A DNA stretch of 64,000 bases from the human T2T-CHM13v2.0 reference genome, Homo sapiens, in the NCBI RefSeq assembly GCF_009914755.1, contig NC_060933.1; one strand, given 5' to 3'. The notes below the pieces were generated by a model. The model was not told the DNA's origin. It saw nothing but the letters and a program-made list of their open reading frames with translations, and ran no database searches. Shown here in pieces: positions 40,193 to 54,200 of the stretch (position 1 is the first letter of the stretch; each line of letters begins with the position of its first letter). A program made the translations under genes and the position numbers.

Positions 40193-43000
40193 GGAATTGA
40201 ATGGAATGGAATGCCTTCAAACCGAATGGAACGGAAAGGAATGGAATCAACACGAGTGGAAAGGAATGGAATGGAAAGGAATGGAATGGAATGGAATGGT
40301 ACGGAATAGAATGGAACGGAACGAACTGGAATGGAATGGAATGGAATGGAATGGAATGGAATGGAATGGAATGGAATCGTTCCGAGTGGAATAGGATGGA
40401 ATGTATTCGAGTGGAATGGAAAGGAATGGAATCAACCAGAGTGGAATGGAAGGGAATGGAATGGAATGGAAACTAATAGAATGGAATCAACCCGAGTGGA
40501 ATGGAATGGAAAGGACTGGAATGGAACGGAATGGAATGGAATGGAATCAACTCGATTGTAATGGAATGGAATGGAATGGAATGGAAAGGAATGGAATGGA
40601 ATTAACCCGAATACAATGGAATGGAATGGAATGGAACGGAATGGAGTGGAATGGAATGGAATCAACCCGAGTGCAGGGGAATGGAATGGAATGGAATGCA
40701 ATGGAATGGAATCATCCGGAATGGAATGGAATGGAATGGAATGCAAAGCAATGGAATCAACTCGATTGCAATGGAATGGAATGGAATGGAAAGGAATACA
40801 TTGGAATCAACCCGAGTGGAATGGAATGGAAAGGACTGGAATGGAGTGGAATGGAATGGAATGGAATCAACTCGATTGGAATGGAATGGAATGGAATGGA
40901 ATGGAATGGAATTAACCCGAATAGAATGGAATGGAATGGAATGGAACGGAACGGAACGGAATGGAATGGAATGGAATGGAATGGAATGGAATGGAATGGA
41001 ATGGAATCAACCCGACTGCAGGGGAATGGAATGGAATGGAATGCAATGGAATGGATTCAACTTGAATGGAATGGAAAGAATGGAATCAACACGAGTGGAA
41101 TGGCATGGATTGGAATGGAATAAAATGGAATCAACCCGAGTACAGGGGAATGGAATGGAATGGAATGCAATGGAATGGAATCATCCGTAATGGAATGGAA
41201 AGGAATGGAATGGAATGGAATGGAATGGAATGGAATGGAATGGAATCAATGCGAGTGCAGGGGAATGGAATGGAATGGAATGCAATGGAATGGAATCTTC
41301 CGGAATGGAATGGAATGGAATGGAATGGAATGAAATGCAATGGATTCAACTCGATTGCAATGGAATGGAATAGAATGGAATGGAATGGAATGGAATGGAA
41401 ATAACCCGAATAGAATGGAATGGAATGGAATGGAACGGAACGGAACGGAATGGAATGGAATGGAATGGAATGGAATGGAATGGAATGGAATGGAATGGAA
41501 TGGAATTGTATGGAATGGAATGGAATGGTACGGAATAGAATGGAATGGAACGAATTGTAATGGAATGGAATTGCATGGAATGGAAAGGAATGGAATGGAA
41601 TCAACGCGAGTGCAGGGGAATGTAATGGAACGGAATGCAATGGAATGGAATCATCCGGAATGGAATGGAATGGAATGGAATGGAATGGAATGGAATGGAA
41701 TGGAATCAACCCGAGTGCAAAGGAATGGAATGGAATGGAATGGAATGGAATGGAATGAAATGGAACAACCCGAATGGAATGGAATGTAACGGAGAGTAAG
41801 GGAGTTGAATAGAATCAATCCGAATGTAATGGAATGGAATGCAACGGAATGGAATGGAATGGAATGGAATGGAATGGAATGGAATGGAAGGGAATGCAAT
41901 GGAATGGAATCAACCCGAGTACAATGGAATGGAATGGAATGGAATGGAATGGAATGGAATGGAATGGAATGCCTTCAAACCGAATGGAATGGAAAGGAAT
42001 GGAATCAACACGAGTGGAATGGAATGGAAAGGAAAGTAATGGAATGGAATGGAATGGTACGGAATAGAATGGAATGGAACGAAATGGAATGGAATGGAAT
42101 GAAATGCAATGGAATGGAATGGAATGGAATCGTTCCGAGTGGAATAGGAGGGAATGTATTCGAGTGGAATGGAAAGGAATGGAATCAACCAGAGTGGAAT
42201 AGAAGGGAATGGAATGGAATGGAAACTAATAGAATGGAATCAACCCGAGTGGAATGGAATGGAAAGGACTGGAATGGAATGTAATGGAATGCAATGGAAT
42301 GGAATGGAATGGAATCAACTCGATTGTAATGGAATGGAATGGAATGGAATGGAATGGAATGGAATTAACCCGAATACAATGGAATGGAATGGAATGGAAT
42401 GGAATGGAACGGAATGGAGTGGAATGGAATGGAATCAACCCGAGTGCAGGGGAATGGAATGGAATGGAATGCAATGGAATGGAATCATCCAGAATGGAAT
42501 GGAATGGAATGGAATGCAAAGCAATGGAATCAACTCGATTGCAATGGAATGGAATGGAATGGAATGGAAAGGAATAGAATGGAATCAACCCGAGTGGAAT
42601 GGAATGGAAAGGACTGGAATGGAGTGGAATGGAATGGAATGGAATGGAATGGAATCAACTCGATTGGAATGCAATGGAATGGAAAGGAATGGAATGGAAT
42701 GGAATGGAATTAACCCGAATAGAATGGAATGCAATGGAATGGAACGGAATGGAATGGAATGGAATGGAATCAACCCGACTGCAGGGGAATGGAATGGAAT
42801 GGAATGGAATGGAATGGAATGGAATGGAATCATCCGGAACGGAATGGAATGGAATGGAATGGAATCAACTCGATTGCAATGGAATGGAATGGAATGGAAT
42901 GGAATCGAATGGAATGGAATGGAATTAACCGGAATAGAATGCAATGGAATGGAATGGAATGCAACGGAATGGAATGGAATGGAATGGAATGGAATGGAAT
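40193..43000 (+). repeat. 2.8 kb tandem duplication, copy 1
   Basis: ORF pairs 40201/43009, 40247/43055, 40401/43209 and 40571/43379 have offset 2808. Shared private variants GAACTGG, ATAGGATGG, GGAATAAAATGG, GGAAATAACCCG, TTGCATGG. Confidence 0.9.
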
Positions 43001-45800
43001 GGAATTGAATGGAATGGAATGCCTTCAAACCGAATGGAACGGAAAGGAATGGAATCAACACGAGTGGAAAGGAATGGAATGGAAAGGAATGGAATGGAAT
43101 GGAATGGTACGGAATAGAATGGAACGGAACGAACTGGAATGGAATGGAATGGAATGGAATGGAATGGAATGGAATGGAATGGAATCGTTCCGAGTGGAAT
43201 AGGATGGAATGTATTCGAGTGGAATGGAAAGGAATGGAATCAACCAGAGTGGAATGGAAGGGAATGGAATGGAATGGAAACTAATAGAATGGAATCAACC
43301 CGAGTGGAATGGAATGGAAAGGACTGGAATGGAACGGAATGGAATGGAATGGAATCAACTCGATTGTAATGGAATGGAATGGAATGGAATGGAAAGGAAT
43401 GGAATGGAATTAACCCGAATACAATGGAATGGAATGGAATGGAACGGAATGGAGTGGAATGGAATGGAATCAACCCGAGTGCAGGGGAATGGAATGGAAT
43501 GGAATGCAATGGAATGGAATCATCCGGAATGGAATGGAATGGAATGGAATGCAAAGCAATGGAATCAACTCGATTGCAATGGAATGGAATGGAATGGAAA
43601 GGAATACATTGGAATCAACCCGAGTGGAATGGAATGGAAAGGACTGGAATGGAGTGGAATGGAATGGAATGGAATCAACTCGATTGGAATGGAATGGAAT
43701 GGAATGGAATGGAATGGAATTAACCCGAATAGAATGGAATGGAATGGAATGGAACGGAACGGAACGGAATGGAATGGAATGGAATGGAATGGAATGGAAT
43801 GGAATGGAATCAACCCGACTGCAGGGGAATGGAATGGAATGGAATGCAATGGAATGGATTCAACTTGAATGGAATGGAAAGAATGGAATCAACACGAGTG
43901 GAATGGCATGGATTGGAATGGAATAAAATGGAATCAACCCGAGTACAGGGGAATGGAATGGAATGGAATGCAATGGAATGGAATCATCCGTAATGGAATG
44001 GAAAGGAATGGAATGGAATGGAATGGAATGGAATGGAATGGAATCAATGCGAGTGCAGGGGAATGGAATGGAATGGAATGCAATGGAATGGAATCTTCCG
44101 GAATGGAATGGAATGGAATGGAATGGAATGAAATGCAATGGATTCAACTCGATTGCAATGGAATGGAATAGAATGGAATGGAATGGAATGGAATGGAAAT
44201 AACCCGAATAGAATGGAATGGAATGGAATGGAACGGAATGGAACGGAATGGAATGGAATGGAATGGAATGGAATGGAATGGAATGGAATGGAATGGAATG
44301 GAAGTGTATGGAATGGAATGGAATGGTACGGAATAGAATGGAATGGAACGAATTGTAATGGAATGGAATTGCATGGAATGGAAAGGAATGGAATGGAATC
44401 AACGCGAGTGCAGGGGAATGTAATGGAACGGAATGCAATGGAATGGAATCATCCGGAATGGAATGGAATGGAATGGAATGGAATGGAATGGAATGGAATC
44501 AACCCGAGTGCAAAGGAATGGAATGGAATGGAATGGAATGGAATGGAATGAAATGGAACAACCCGAATGGAATGGAATGTAACGGAGAGTAAGGGAGTTG
44601 AATAGAATCAATCCGAATGTAATGGAAGGGAATGCAACGGAATGGAATGGAATGGAATGGAATGGAATGGAATGGAATGGAAGGGAATGCAATGGAATGG
44701 AATCAACCCGAGTACAATGGAATGGAATGGAATGGAATGGAATGGAATGGAATGGAATGCCTTCAAACCGAATGGAATGGAAAGGAATGGAATCAACACG
44801 AGTGGAATGGAATGGAAAGGAAAGTAATGGAATGGAATGGAATGGTACGGAATAGAGTGGAATGGAACGAAATGGAATGGAATGGAATGAAATGCAATGG
44901 AATGGAATGGAATGGAATCGTTCCGAGTGGAATAGGAGGGAATGTATTCGAGTGGAATGGAAAGGAATGGAATCAACCAGAGTGGAATAGAAGGGAATGG
45001 AATGGAATGGAAACTAATAGAATGGAATCAACCCGAGTGGAATGGAATGGAAAGGACTGGAATGGAATGTAATGGAATGCAATGGAATGGAATGGAATGG
45101 AATCAACTCGATTGTAATGGAATGGAATGGAATGGAATGGAATGGAATGGAATTAACCCGAATACAATGGAATGGAATGGAATGGAATGGAATGGAACGG
45201 AATGGAGTGGAATGGAATGGAATCAACCCGAGTGCAGGGGAATGGAATGGAATGGAATGCAATGGAATGGAATCATCCAGAATGGAATGGAATGGAATGG
45301 AATGCAAAGAAATGGAATCAACTCGATTGCAATGGAATGGAATGGAATGGAATGGAAAGGAATAGAATGGAATCAACCCGAGTGGAATGGAATGGAAAGG
45401 ACTGGAATGGAGTGGAATGGAATGGAATGGAATGGAATGGAATCAACTCGATTGGAATGCAATGGAATGGAAAGGAATGGAATGGAATGGAATGGAATTA
45501 ACCCGAATAGAATGGAATGCAATGGAATGGAACGGAATGGAATGGAATGGAATGGAATCAACCCGACTGCAGGGGAATGGAATGGAATGGAATGGAATGG
45601 AATGGAATGGAATGGAATCATCCGGAACGGAATGGAATGGAATGGAATGGAATCAACTCGATTGCAATGGAATGGAATGGAATGGAATGGAATCGAATGG
45701 AATGGAATGGAATTAACCGGAATAGAATGCAATGGAATGGAATGGAATGCAACGGAATGGAATGGAATGGAATGGAATGGAATGGAATGGAATGGAATGG
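43001..45800 (+). repeat. 2.8 kb tandem duplication, copy 2
   Basis: Offset drifts 2808, 2803, 2798, 2793, 2788 in 5 bp steps (ORF pairs 41066/43869, 41340/44138, 41805/44598, 42154/44942). Confidence 0.9.
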
Positions 45801-46518
45801 AATGGAATGGAGTGTAATGGAATCAACTCGATTGCAATCGAATGGAATGGAATGGAATGGAATGGAACGGAATGGAATGGAATGGAATGGAATGGAATTG
45901 AATGGAATGGAATGGAATGGAACGGATCGGAATGGAATGGAATGGAATGGAATGGAATCAACGCGAGTGTAGGGGAATGGAAAGGAATGGAATGCAATGG
46001 AATGGAATCTTCCGGAATGGAATGGAATGGAATGGAATAGAATGGAATGGAATGGAATGGAATGGAATGGAATCAACCCGAGTACAGGGGAATGGAATGG
46101 AATGTAATGCAATGGAATGGAATCATCCGTAATGGAATGGAAATGATTGGAATGGAATGGAATGGAATGGAATGGAATGGAATCAACTCGATTGCAATCG
46201 AATGGAATGGAATGGAATTAACCCGAATATAATGGAATGGAATAGAACGGAACGGAACGGAAAGCAATGGAATGGAATGGAATGGAACGGAATGGAAGGG
46301 AATGGAATGGAATAGAATGGAATGGAATGGAATGGAATCAACGCGAGTGCAGGGGAATGGAATGGAATGGAATGCAATTGAATGGAATCTTGTGGAATGG
46401 AATGGAATGGAATGGAATGGAATGCAATGGATTCAACTCGATTGCAATAGAATGGAATAGAATGGAATGGAATGGAATGGAATGGAATTAACCCGAATAG
46501 ATTGGAATGGAATGGAAT

Positions 46519-46553
46519 GGAACGGAACGGAACGGAACGGAACGGAACGGAAC
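46519..46553 (+). repeat. (GGAAC)7 variant-pentamer micro-array, the longest seen
   Basis: Seven consecutive GGAAC units read directly. Shorter (GGAAC)3-5 runs occur at ~6083, 6866, 11716, 15993, 23540, 23899, 35946, 37803. Confidence 0.9.
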
Positions 46554-48118
46554 GGAATGGAATGGAATGGAATGGAATGGAATTGTATGGAATGGAATGG
46601 AATGGTACGGAATAGAATGGAATGGAAAGAATTGGAATGGAATGGAATCGAATGGAATGGAATGGAATGGAATGGAACGGAACGGAACGGAACGGAATGA
46701 AATGGAATGGAATGGAACGGAAAGGAATGGAATGGAATGGAATGGAATGGAATGGAATGGAATCAACGCAAGTGCAGGGGAATGGAATGGAATGGAATGC
46801 AATGGAAAGGAATCTTCCGGAATGGAATGGAATGGAATGGAATTAACCCGAATACAATGGAATGGAATGGAATGGAACGGAATGCAGTGGAATGGAATGG
46901 AATCAACCCGAGTGCAGGGGAATGGAATGGAATGGAATGCAATGGAATGGAATAATCCGGAATGCAATGGAATGGAATGGAATGCAAAGCAATGGAATCA
47001 ACTCGATTGCAATGGAATGGAATGGAATGGAAAGGAATACATTGGAATTAACCCGAGTGGAATGGAATGGAAAGGACTGGAATGGAGTGGAATGGAATGG
47101 AATGGAATGGAATGGAATCAAATTGATTGGAATGGAATGGAATGGAATGGAATGGAATTAACCCGAATAGAATGGAATGGAATGGAATGGAACGGAACGG
47201 AATGGAATGGAATGGAATGGAATGGAATGGAATGGAATGGAATCAACCCGACTGCAGGGGAATGGAATGGAATGGAATGCAATGGAATGGATTCAACTTG
47301 AATGGAATGGAAAGAATGGAATCAACAGGAGTGGAATGGCATGGATTGGAATGGAATGGAATGGAATGAACCCGAGTACAGGGGAATGGAATGGAATGGA
47401 ATGCAATGGAATGGAATCATCCGTAATGGAATGGAAAGGAATGGAATGGAATGGAATGGAATGGAATGGAATGGAATGGAATGGAATCAACTCGATTGCA
47501 ATCGAATGGAATGGAATGGAATTAACCCGAATAGAATGGAATGGAATGGAATGGAACGGAACGGAACGGAATGGAATGGAATGGAATGGAATGGAACAGA
47601 AAGGAATGGAATGGAATGGAATGGAATGGAATGGAATGGAATGGAATGGAATCAACGCGAGTGCAGGGGAATGGAATGGAATGGAATGCAATGGAATGGA
47701 ATATTCCGGAATGGAATGGAATGGAATGGAATGGAATGGAATGGAATGGAATGGAATAAACCCGAATGCAATGGAATGGAGTGGAATGGAATGGAATGGA
47801 ATGGAACAGCCCGAATGGAATGGAATGTAATAGAGAGTAAGGGAGTTGAATAGAATCAATTCGAATGTAATGGAATGGAATGGAACGGAATGGAATTGAA
47901 TGGAATGGAATGGAATGCAATGGAATGGAATGAAACCGAGTGCAATGGAATGGAGAGGAATGGAATGGAATGGAATGGAAACTACCCGAATGGAATGGAA
48001 TGTAATGGAGTGTAAGGGAATTGAATAGAATCAATCCGAATGTAATGGAATGGAATGGAACGGAATGGAATGGAATGGAATGGAATGGAATGGAATGGAA
48101 TGGAATGCAATGGAATGG

Positions 48119-48265
48119 AATCAACCCGAGTGCAATCGAATGGAATCGAATGGAATGGAATGCAATGGAATGGATTCAACTTGAATGGAATGGAAAGAAT
48201 GGAATCAACACGAGTGGAAGGGCATGGATTGGAATGCAATGGAATGGAATCAACCCGAGTACAGG
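48119..48265 (+). repeat. pHuR98-like Sat III module (suggests chr9q12 / HSat3B5 subfamily); representative copy
   Basis: Sequence AATCAACCCGAGTGCAATCGAATGGAATCG...GGATTCAACTTGAATGGAATGGAAAGAATGGAATCAACACGAGTGG..GGCATGGATTGG...CAACCCGAGTACAGG matches my recollection of the chr9 Sat III clone pHuR98 and its RT-PCR primers. The GGATTCAACTTGAATGGAATGGAAAGAATGG core recurs roughly 27 times (e.g. 1442, 6572, 9009, 23650, 41053, 49280, 52096, 56196). Subfamily call is from memory, not from a search. Confidence 0.7.
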
Positions 48266-51200
48266 GGAATGGAATGGAATGGAATGCAATGGAATGCAAT
48301 CATCCGTAATGGAATGGAAAGGAATGGAATGGAATGGAATGGAATGGAATGGAATGGAATGGAATCAACACGATTGCAATCGAATGGAATGGAATGGAAT
48401 TAACCCGAATAGAATGGAATGGAATGGAATGGAACGGAACGGAACGGAATGGAATGGAATGGAAAGGAATGGAACGGAACGGAACGGAACGGAATGGAAT
48501 GGAATGGAATGGAATGGAATGGAATGGAATCAACGCGAGTGCAGGGGAATGGAATAGAATGGAATGCAATGGAATGGAATCTTCTGGAGTGCAATGGAAT
48601 GGAATGGAATGGAATGGAATGGAATGGAATGGAATCAACTCGATTGCAATCGAATGGAATGGAATGGAATTAACCCGAATAGAATGGAATGGAATGGAAT
48701 GGAATGGAACGGAACGGAACGGAACGGAATGGAATGGAATGGAATGGAACGGAAAGGAATGGAATGGAACGGAATGGAATGGAATGGAATGGAATCAACG
48801 CAAGTGCAGGGGAATGGAATGGAATGGAATGCAATGGAATGGAATCTTCCGGAATGGAATGGAATGGAATGGAATGGAATCAACCCGAGTGCAATGGAAT
48901 GGAGTGGAATGGAATGGAATGGAATGGAACAACCCGAATGAAATGGAATGTAATGGAGAGTAAGGGAGTTGAATAGAATCATTCCGAATGTAATGGAATG
49001 GAAAGGAACGGAATGGAATTGAATGGAATGGAATGGAATGCAATGGAATGGAATCAACCCGAGTGCAATGGAATGGAGAGGAATGGAATGGAATCGAATG
49101 GAAACTACCCGAAAGGAATGGAATGTAATGGAGTGTAAGGGAATTGAATAGAATCAATCCGAATGTAATGGAATGGAATGGAACGGAATGGAATGGAATG
49201 GAATGGAATGGAATGGAATGGAATGGAATCAACCCGAGTGCAATCGAATGGAATCGAATGGAATGCAATGCAATGGAATGGATTCAACTTGAATGGAATG
49301 GAAAGAATGGAATCAACACGAGTGGAATGGCATGGATTGGAATGGAATGGAATGGAATCAACCCGAGTACAGGTTAATGGAATGGAATGGAATGCAATGG
49401 AATGGAATCATCCGTAATGGAATGGCAAGGAATGGAATGGAATGGAATGGAATGGAATGGAATGGAATGGAATGGAATCAACTCGATTGCAATCGAATGG
49501 AATTGAATGGAATTAACCCAAGTAGAATGGAAAGGAATGGAATGGAACGGAACGGAATGGAATGGAATGGAATGGAATGGAATGGAATGGAACGGAACGG
49601 AACGGAACGGAATGGAATGGAATGGAATGGAATGGAATGGAATCAACGCGAGTGCAGGGGAATGGAATGGAATGGAATGCAATGGAATGGAATTTTCCGG
49701 AATGGAATGGAATGGAATGGAATGAAATGCAATGGATTCAACTCGATTGCAATGGAATGGAATAGAATGGAATGGAATGGAATGGAAAAGAATTAACCCG
49801 AATAGAATGGAATGGAATGGAATGGAACGGAATGGAACGGAATGGAATGGAATGGAATGGAATGGTATGGAATGGAATGGAATGGTACGGAATAGAATGG
49901 AATGGAACGAATTGTAATGGAATGGAATTGAATGGAATGGAATGGAATGGAATGGAATCAACGCGAGTGCAGGGGAATGTAATGGAACGGAATGCAATGG
50001 AATGGAATCATCCGGAATGGAATGGAATGGAATGGAATGGAATGGAATGGAATGGAATGGAATCAACCCAAGTGCAATGGAATGGAGTGGAATGGAATGG
50101 AATGGAATGGAACAACACGAATGGAATGGAATGTAATGGAGAGTAAGGGAGCTGAATAGAATCAATCCGAATGTAATGGAATGGAATGCAACGGAATGGA
50201 AAGGAATGGAATGGAATGGAATGGAATGGAATGGAATGGAATGGAATCAACCCGAGTACAATGGAATGGAATGGAATGGAATGGAATGGAATAGAATGGA
50301 ACGGAATGGAGTGGAATTGAATGGAATGGAATGCTTTCAAACCGAATGGTATGGAAAGGAATGGAAACAACACGAGTGGAATGGAATGGAATGGAAAGGA
50401 ATGGAATGGAATGGAATGGTACGGAATAGAATGGAATGGAACGAAATGGAATGGAATGGAATGGAATGGAATGGAATGGAATGGAATGCCTTCAAACGGA
50501 ATGGAATGGAAAGGAATGGAATCAACACGAGTGGAATGGAATGGAATGGAATGGAACGGAATGGAATGGAATGATACGGAACAGAATGGAATGGAACGAA
50601 ATGGAATGGAATGGAATGTAATGGAATGGAATGGAATGGAATGGAATGGAATGGAATCGTTCCGAGTGGAATAGGAGGGAATGTATTCGAGTGGAATGGA
50701 AAGGAATGGAATCAACCAGAGTGGAATGGAAGGGAATGGAATGGAATGGAAGCTAATAGAATGGAATCAACCCGAGTGGAATGGAATGGAAAGGACTGGA
50801 ATGGAATGGAATGGCATGGAATGGAATGGAATCAACTCGATTGTAATGGATTGGAATGGAATGGAATGGAATGGAATGGAATGGAATGGAATTAACCTGA
50901 ATACAACGGAATGGAATGGAATGGAATGGAATGGAGTGGAATGGAATGGAATCAACCCGAGTGCAGGGGAATGGAATGGAATGGAATGCAATGGAATGGA
51001 ATCATCCGGAATGGAATGGAATGGAATGGAATGCAAAGCAATGGAATCAACTCGATTGCAATGGAATGGAATGGAATGGAAAGGAATACATTGGAATCAA
51101 CCCCAGTGGAATGGAATGGAAAGGACAGGAATGGAGTGGAATGGAATGGAATGGAATGGAATGGAATCAACTCGATTGGAATGGAATGGAATGGAATGGA

Positions 51201-54200
51201 ATGCAATGGAATGGATTCAACTTGAATGGAATGGAAAGAATGGAATCAACACGAGTGGAATGGCATGGATTGGAATGGAATGGAATGGAATCAACCCGAG
51301 TACAGGGGAATGGAATGGAATGGAATGCAATGGAATGGAATCATCCGTAATGGAATGGAAAGGAATGGAATGGAATGGAATGGAATGGAATGGAATGGAA
51401 TGGAATGGAATGGAATGGAATGGAATGGAATGGAATGGAATCAACTCGATTGCAATGGAATGGAATGGAATGGAATTAACCCGAATAGAATGGAATGGAA
51501 TGGAATGGAACGGAACGGAACGGAACGGAATGGAATGGAATGGAATGGAATGGAACGGAAAGGAATGGAATGGAATGGAATGGAATGGAATGGAATGGAA
51601 TCAACCCGAGTGCAGGGGAATGGAATGTAATGGAATGCAATGGAATGGAATCTTCCGCAATGGAATGGAATGGAATGGAATCAACCCCAGTGCAATGGAA
51701 TGGAGTAGAATGGAATCGAATGGAATGGAACAACCCGAATGGAATCGAATGTAATAGAGAGTACGGGAGTTGAATAGAATCAATCCGAATGTAATGGAAT
51801 GGAATGGAACGGAATGGAATTGAATGGAATGGAATGGAATGCAATGGAATGGAATCAACCCGAGTGCAATGGAATGGAGAGGAATGGAATGGAATGGAAT
51901 GGAAACTACCCGAATGGAATGGAATGTAATGGAGTGTAAGGGAATTGAATAGAATCAATCCGAATGCAATGGAATGGAATGGAACGGAATGGAATGGAAT
52001 GGAATGGAATGGAATGGAATGGAATGGAATGCAATGGAATGGAATCAACCCGAGTGCAATCAAATGGAATCGAATGGAATGGAATGCAATGGAATGGATT
52101 CAACTTGAATGGAATGGAAAGAATGGAATCAACACGAGTGGAATGGCATGGATTGGAATGGAATGGAATGGAATCAACCCGAGTACAGGGGAATGGAATG
52201 GAATGGAATGCAATGGAATGGAATCATCCGTAATGGAATGGAAAGGAATGGAATGGAATGGAATGGAATGGAATGGAATGGAATGGAATGGAATGGAGTC
52301 AACTCGATTGCAATCGAATGGAATGGAATGGAATTAACCCAAATAGAATGGAATGGAATGGAATGGAATGGAACGGAACGGAATGGAATGGAATGGAATT
52401 GAATGGAACGGAACGGAACGGAATGGAATGCAATGGAATGGAATGGAATCAACGCGAGTGCAGGGGAATGGAATGGAATCTTCCGGAATGGAATGGAATG
52501 GAATGGAATGGAATGGAATGAAATGCAATGGATTCAACTCGATTGCAATGGAATGGAGTAGAATGGAATGGAATGGAATGGAATGGAATTAACCCGAATA
52601 GAATGGAATGGAATGCAATGCAACGGAATGGAACAGAATGGAATGGAATGGAATGGAATGGAATGGAATGGTATGGAATGGAATGGAATGGTACGGAATA
52701 GAATGGAATGGAAAGAATTGTAATGGAATGGAATTGAATGGAATGGAATGGAATCAACGCGAGTGCAGGGGAATGTAATGGAACGGAATGCAATGGAATG
52801 GAATCATCCGGAATGGAATGGAATGGAATGGAATGGAATGGAATCAACCCGAGTGCAATGGAATGGAGTGGAATGGAATGGAATGGAATGGAATGGAAAA
52901 CACGAATGGAATGGAATGTAATGGAGAGTAAGGGAGTTGAATAGAATCAATCTGAATGTAATGGAATGCAACGGAATGGAATGGAACGGAATGGAATGGA
53001 ATGCAATGGAATGGAATCAACCCGAGTACAATGGAATGGAATGGAATGGAATGGAATGGAATGCCTTCAAACCGAATGGAATGGAAAGGAATGGAATCAA
53101 CACGAGTGGAATGGAATGGAATGGAATGGAACGGAATGGAATGGAATGATACGGAATAGAATGAAATGGAACGAAATGGAATGGAATGGAATGGAATGGA
53201 ATGGAATGGAATGGAATGGAATGGAATGGAGTCGTTCCGAGTGGAATAGGAGGGAATGTATTCGAGTGGAATGGAAAGGAATGGAATCAACCAGAGTGGA
53301 ATGGAAGGGAATGGAATGGAATGGAAACTAATAGAATGGAATCAACCCGAGTGGAATGTAATGGAAAGGACTGGAATGGAATGGAATGGAATGGAATCAA
53401 CTCGATTGAAATGGAATGGAATGGAATGGAATGGAATGGAATGGAATTAACCCGAATACAATGGAATAGAATGGAATGGAACGGAATGGAGTGGAATGGA
53501 ATTGAATCAACCCGAGTGCAGGGGAATGGAAAGGAATGGAATGCAATGGAACGGAATAATCCGGAATGGAATGGAATGGAATGGAATGCAAAGCAATGGA
53601 ATCAACTCGATTGCAATGGAATGGAATGGAATGGAAAGGAATACATAGGAATCAACCCGAGTGGAATGGAATGGAAAGGACTGGAATGGAGTGGAATGGA
53701 ATGGAATGGAATGGAATGGAATGGAATCAACTCGATTGGAATGGAATGGAATGGAATGGAATGGAATGGAATGGAATTAACCCGAATAGAATGGAATGGA
53801 ATGGAATGGAACGGAACGGAATGGAATGGAATGGAGTGGAATGGAATGGAATCAACCCGACTGCAGGGGAATGGAATGGAATGGAATGCAATGGAATGGA
53901 TTCAACTTGAATGGAATGGAAAGAATGGAATCAACACGAGTGGAATGGCATGGATTGGAATGGAATGGAATGGAATCAACCCGAGTACAGGGGAATGGAA
54001 TGGAATGGAATGCAATGGAATGGAATCATCTCTAATGGAATGGAAGGGAATGGAATGGAATGGAATGGAATGGAATGGAATGGAATGGAATGGAATCAAC
54101 TCGATTGCAATCGAATGGAATGGAATGGAATTAACCCGAATAGAATGGAATGGAATGGAATGGAACGGAACGGAACGAAATGGAATGGAATGGAATGGAA

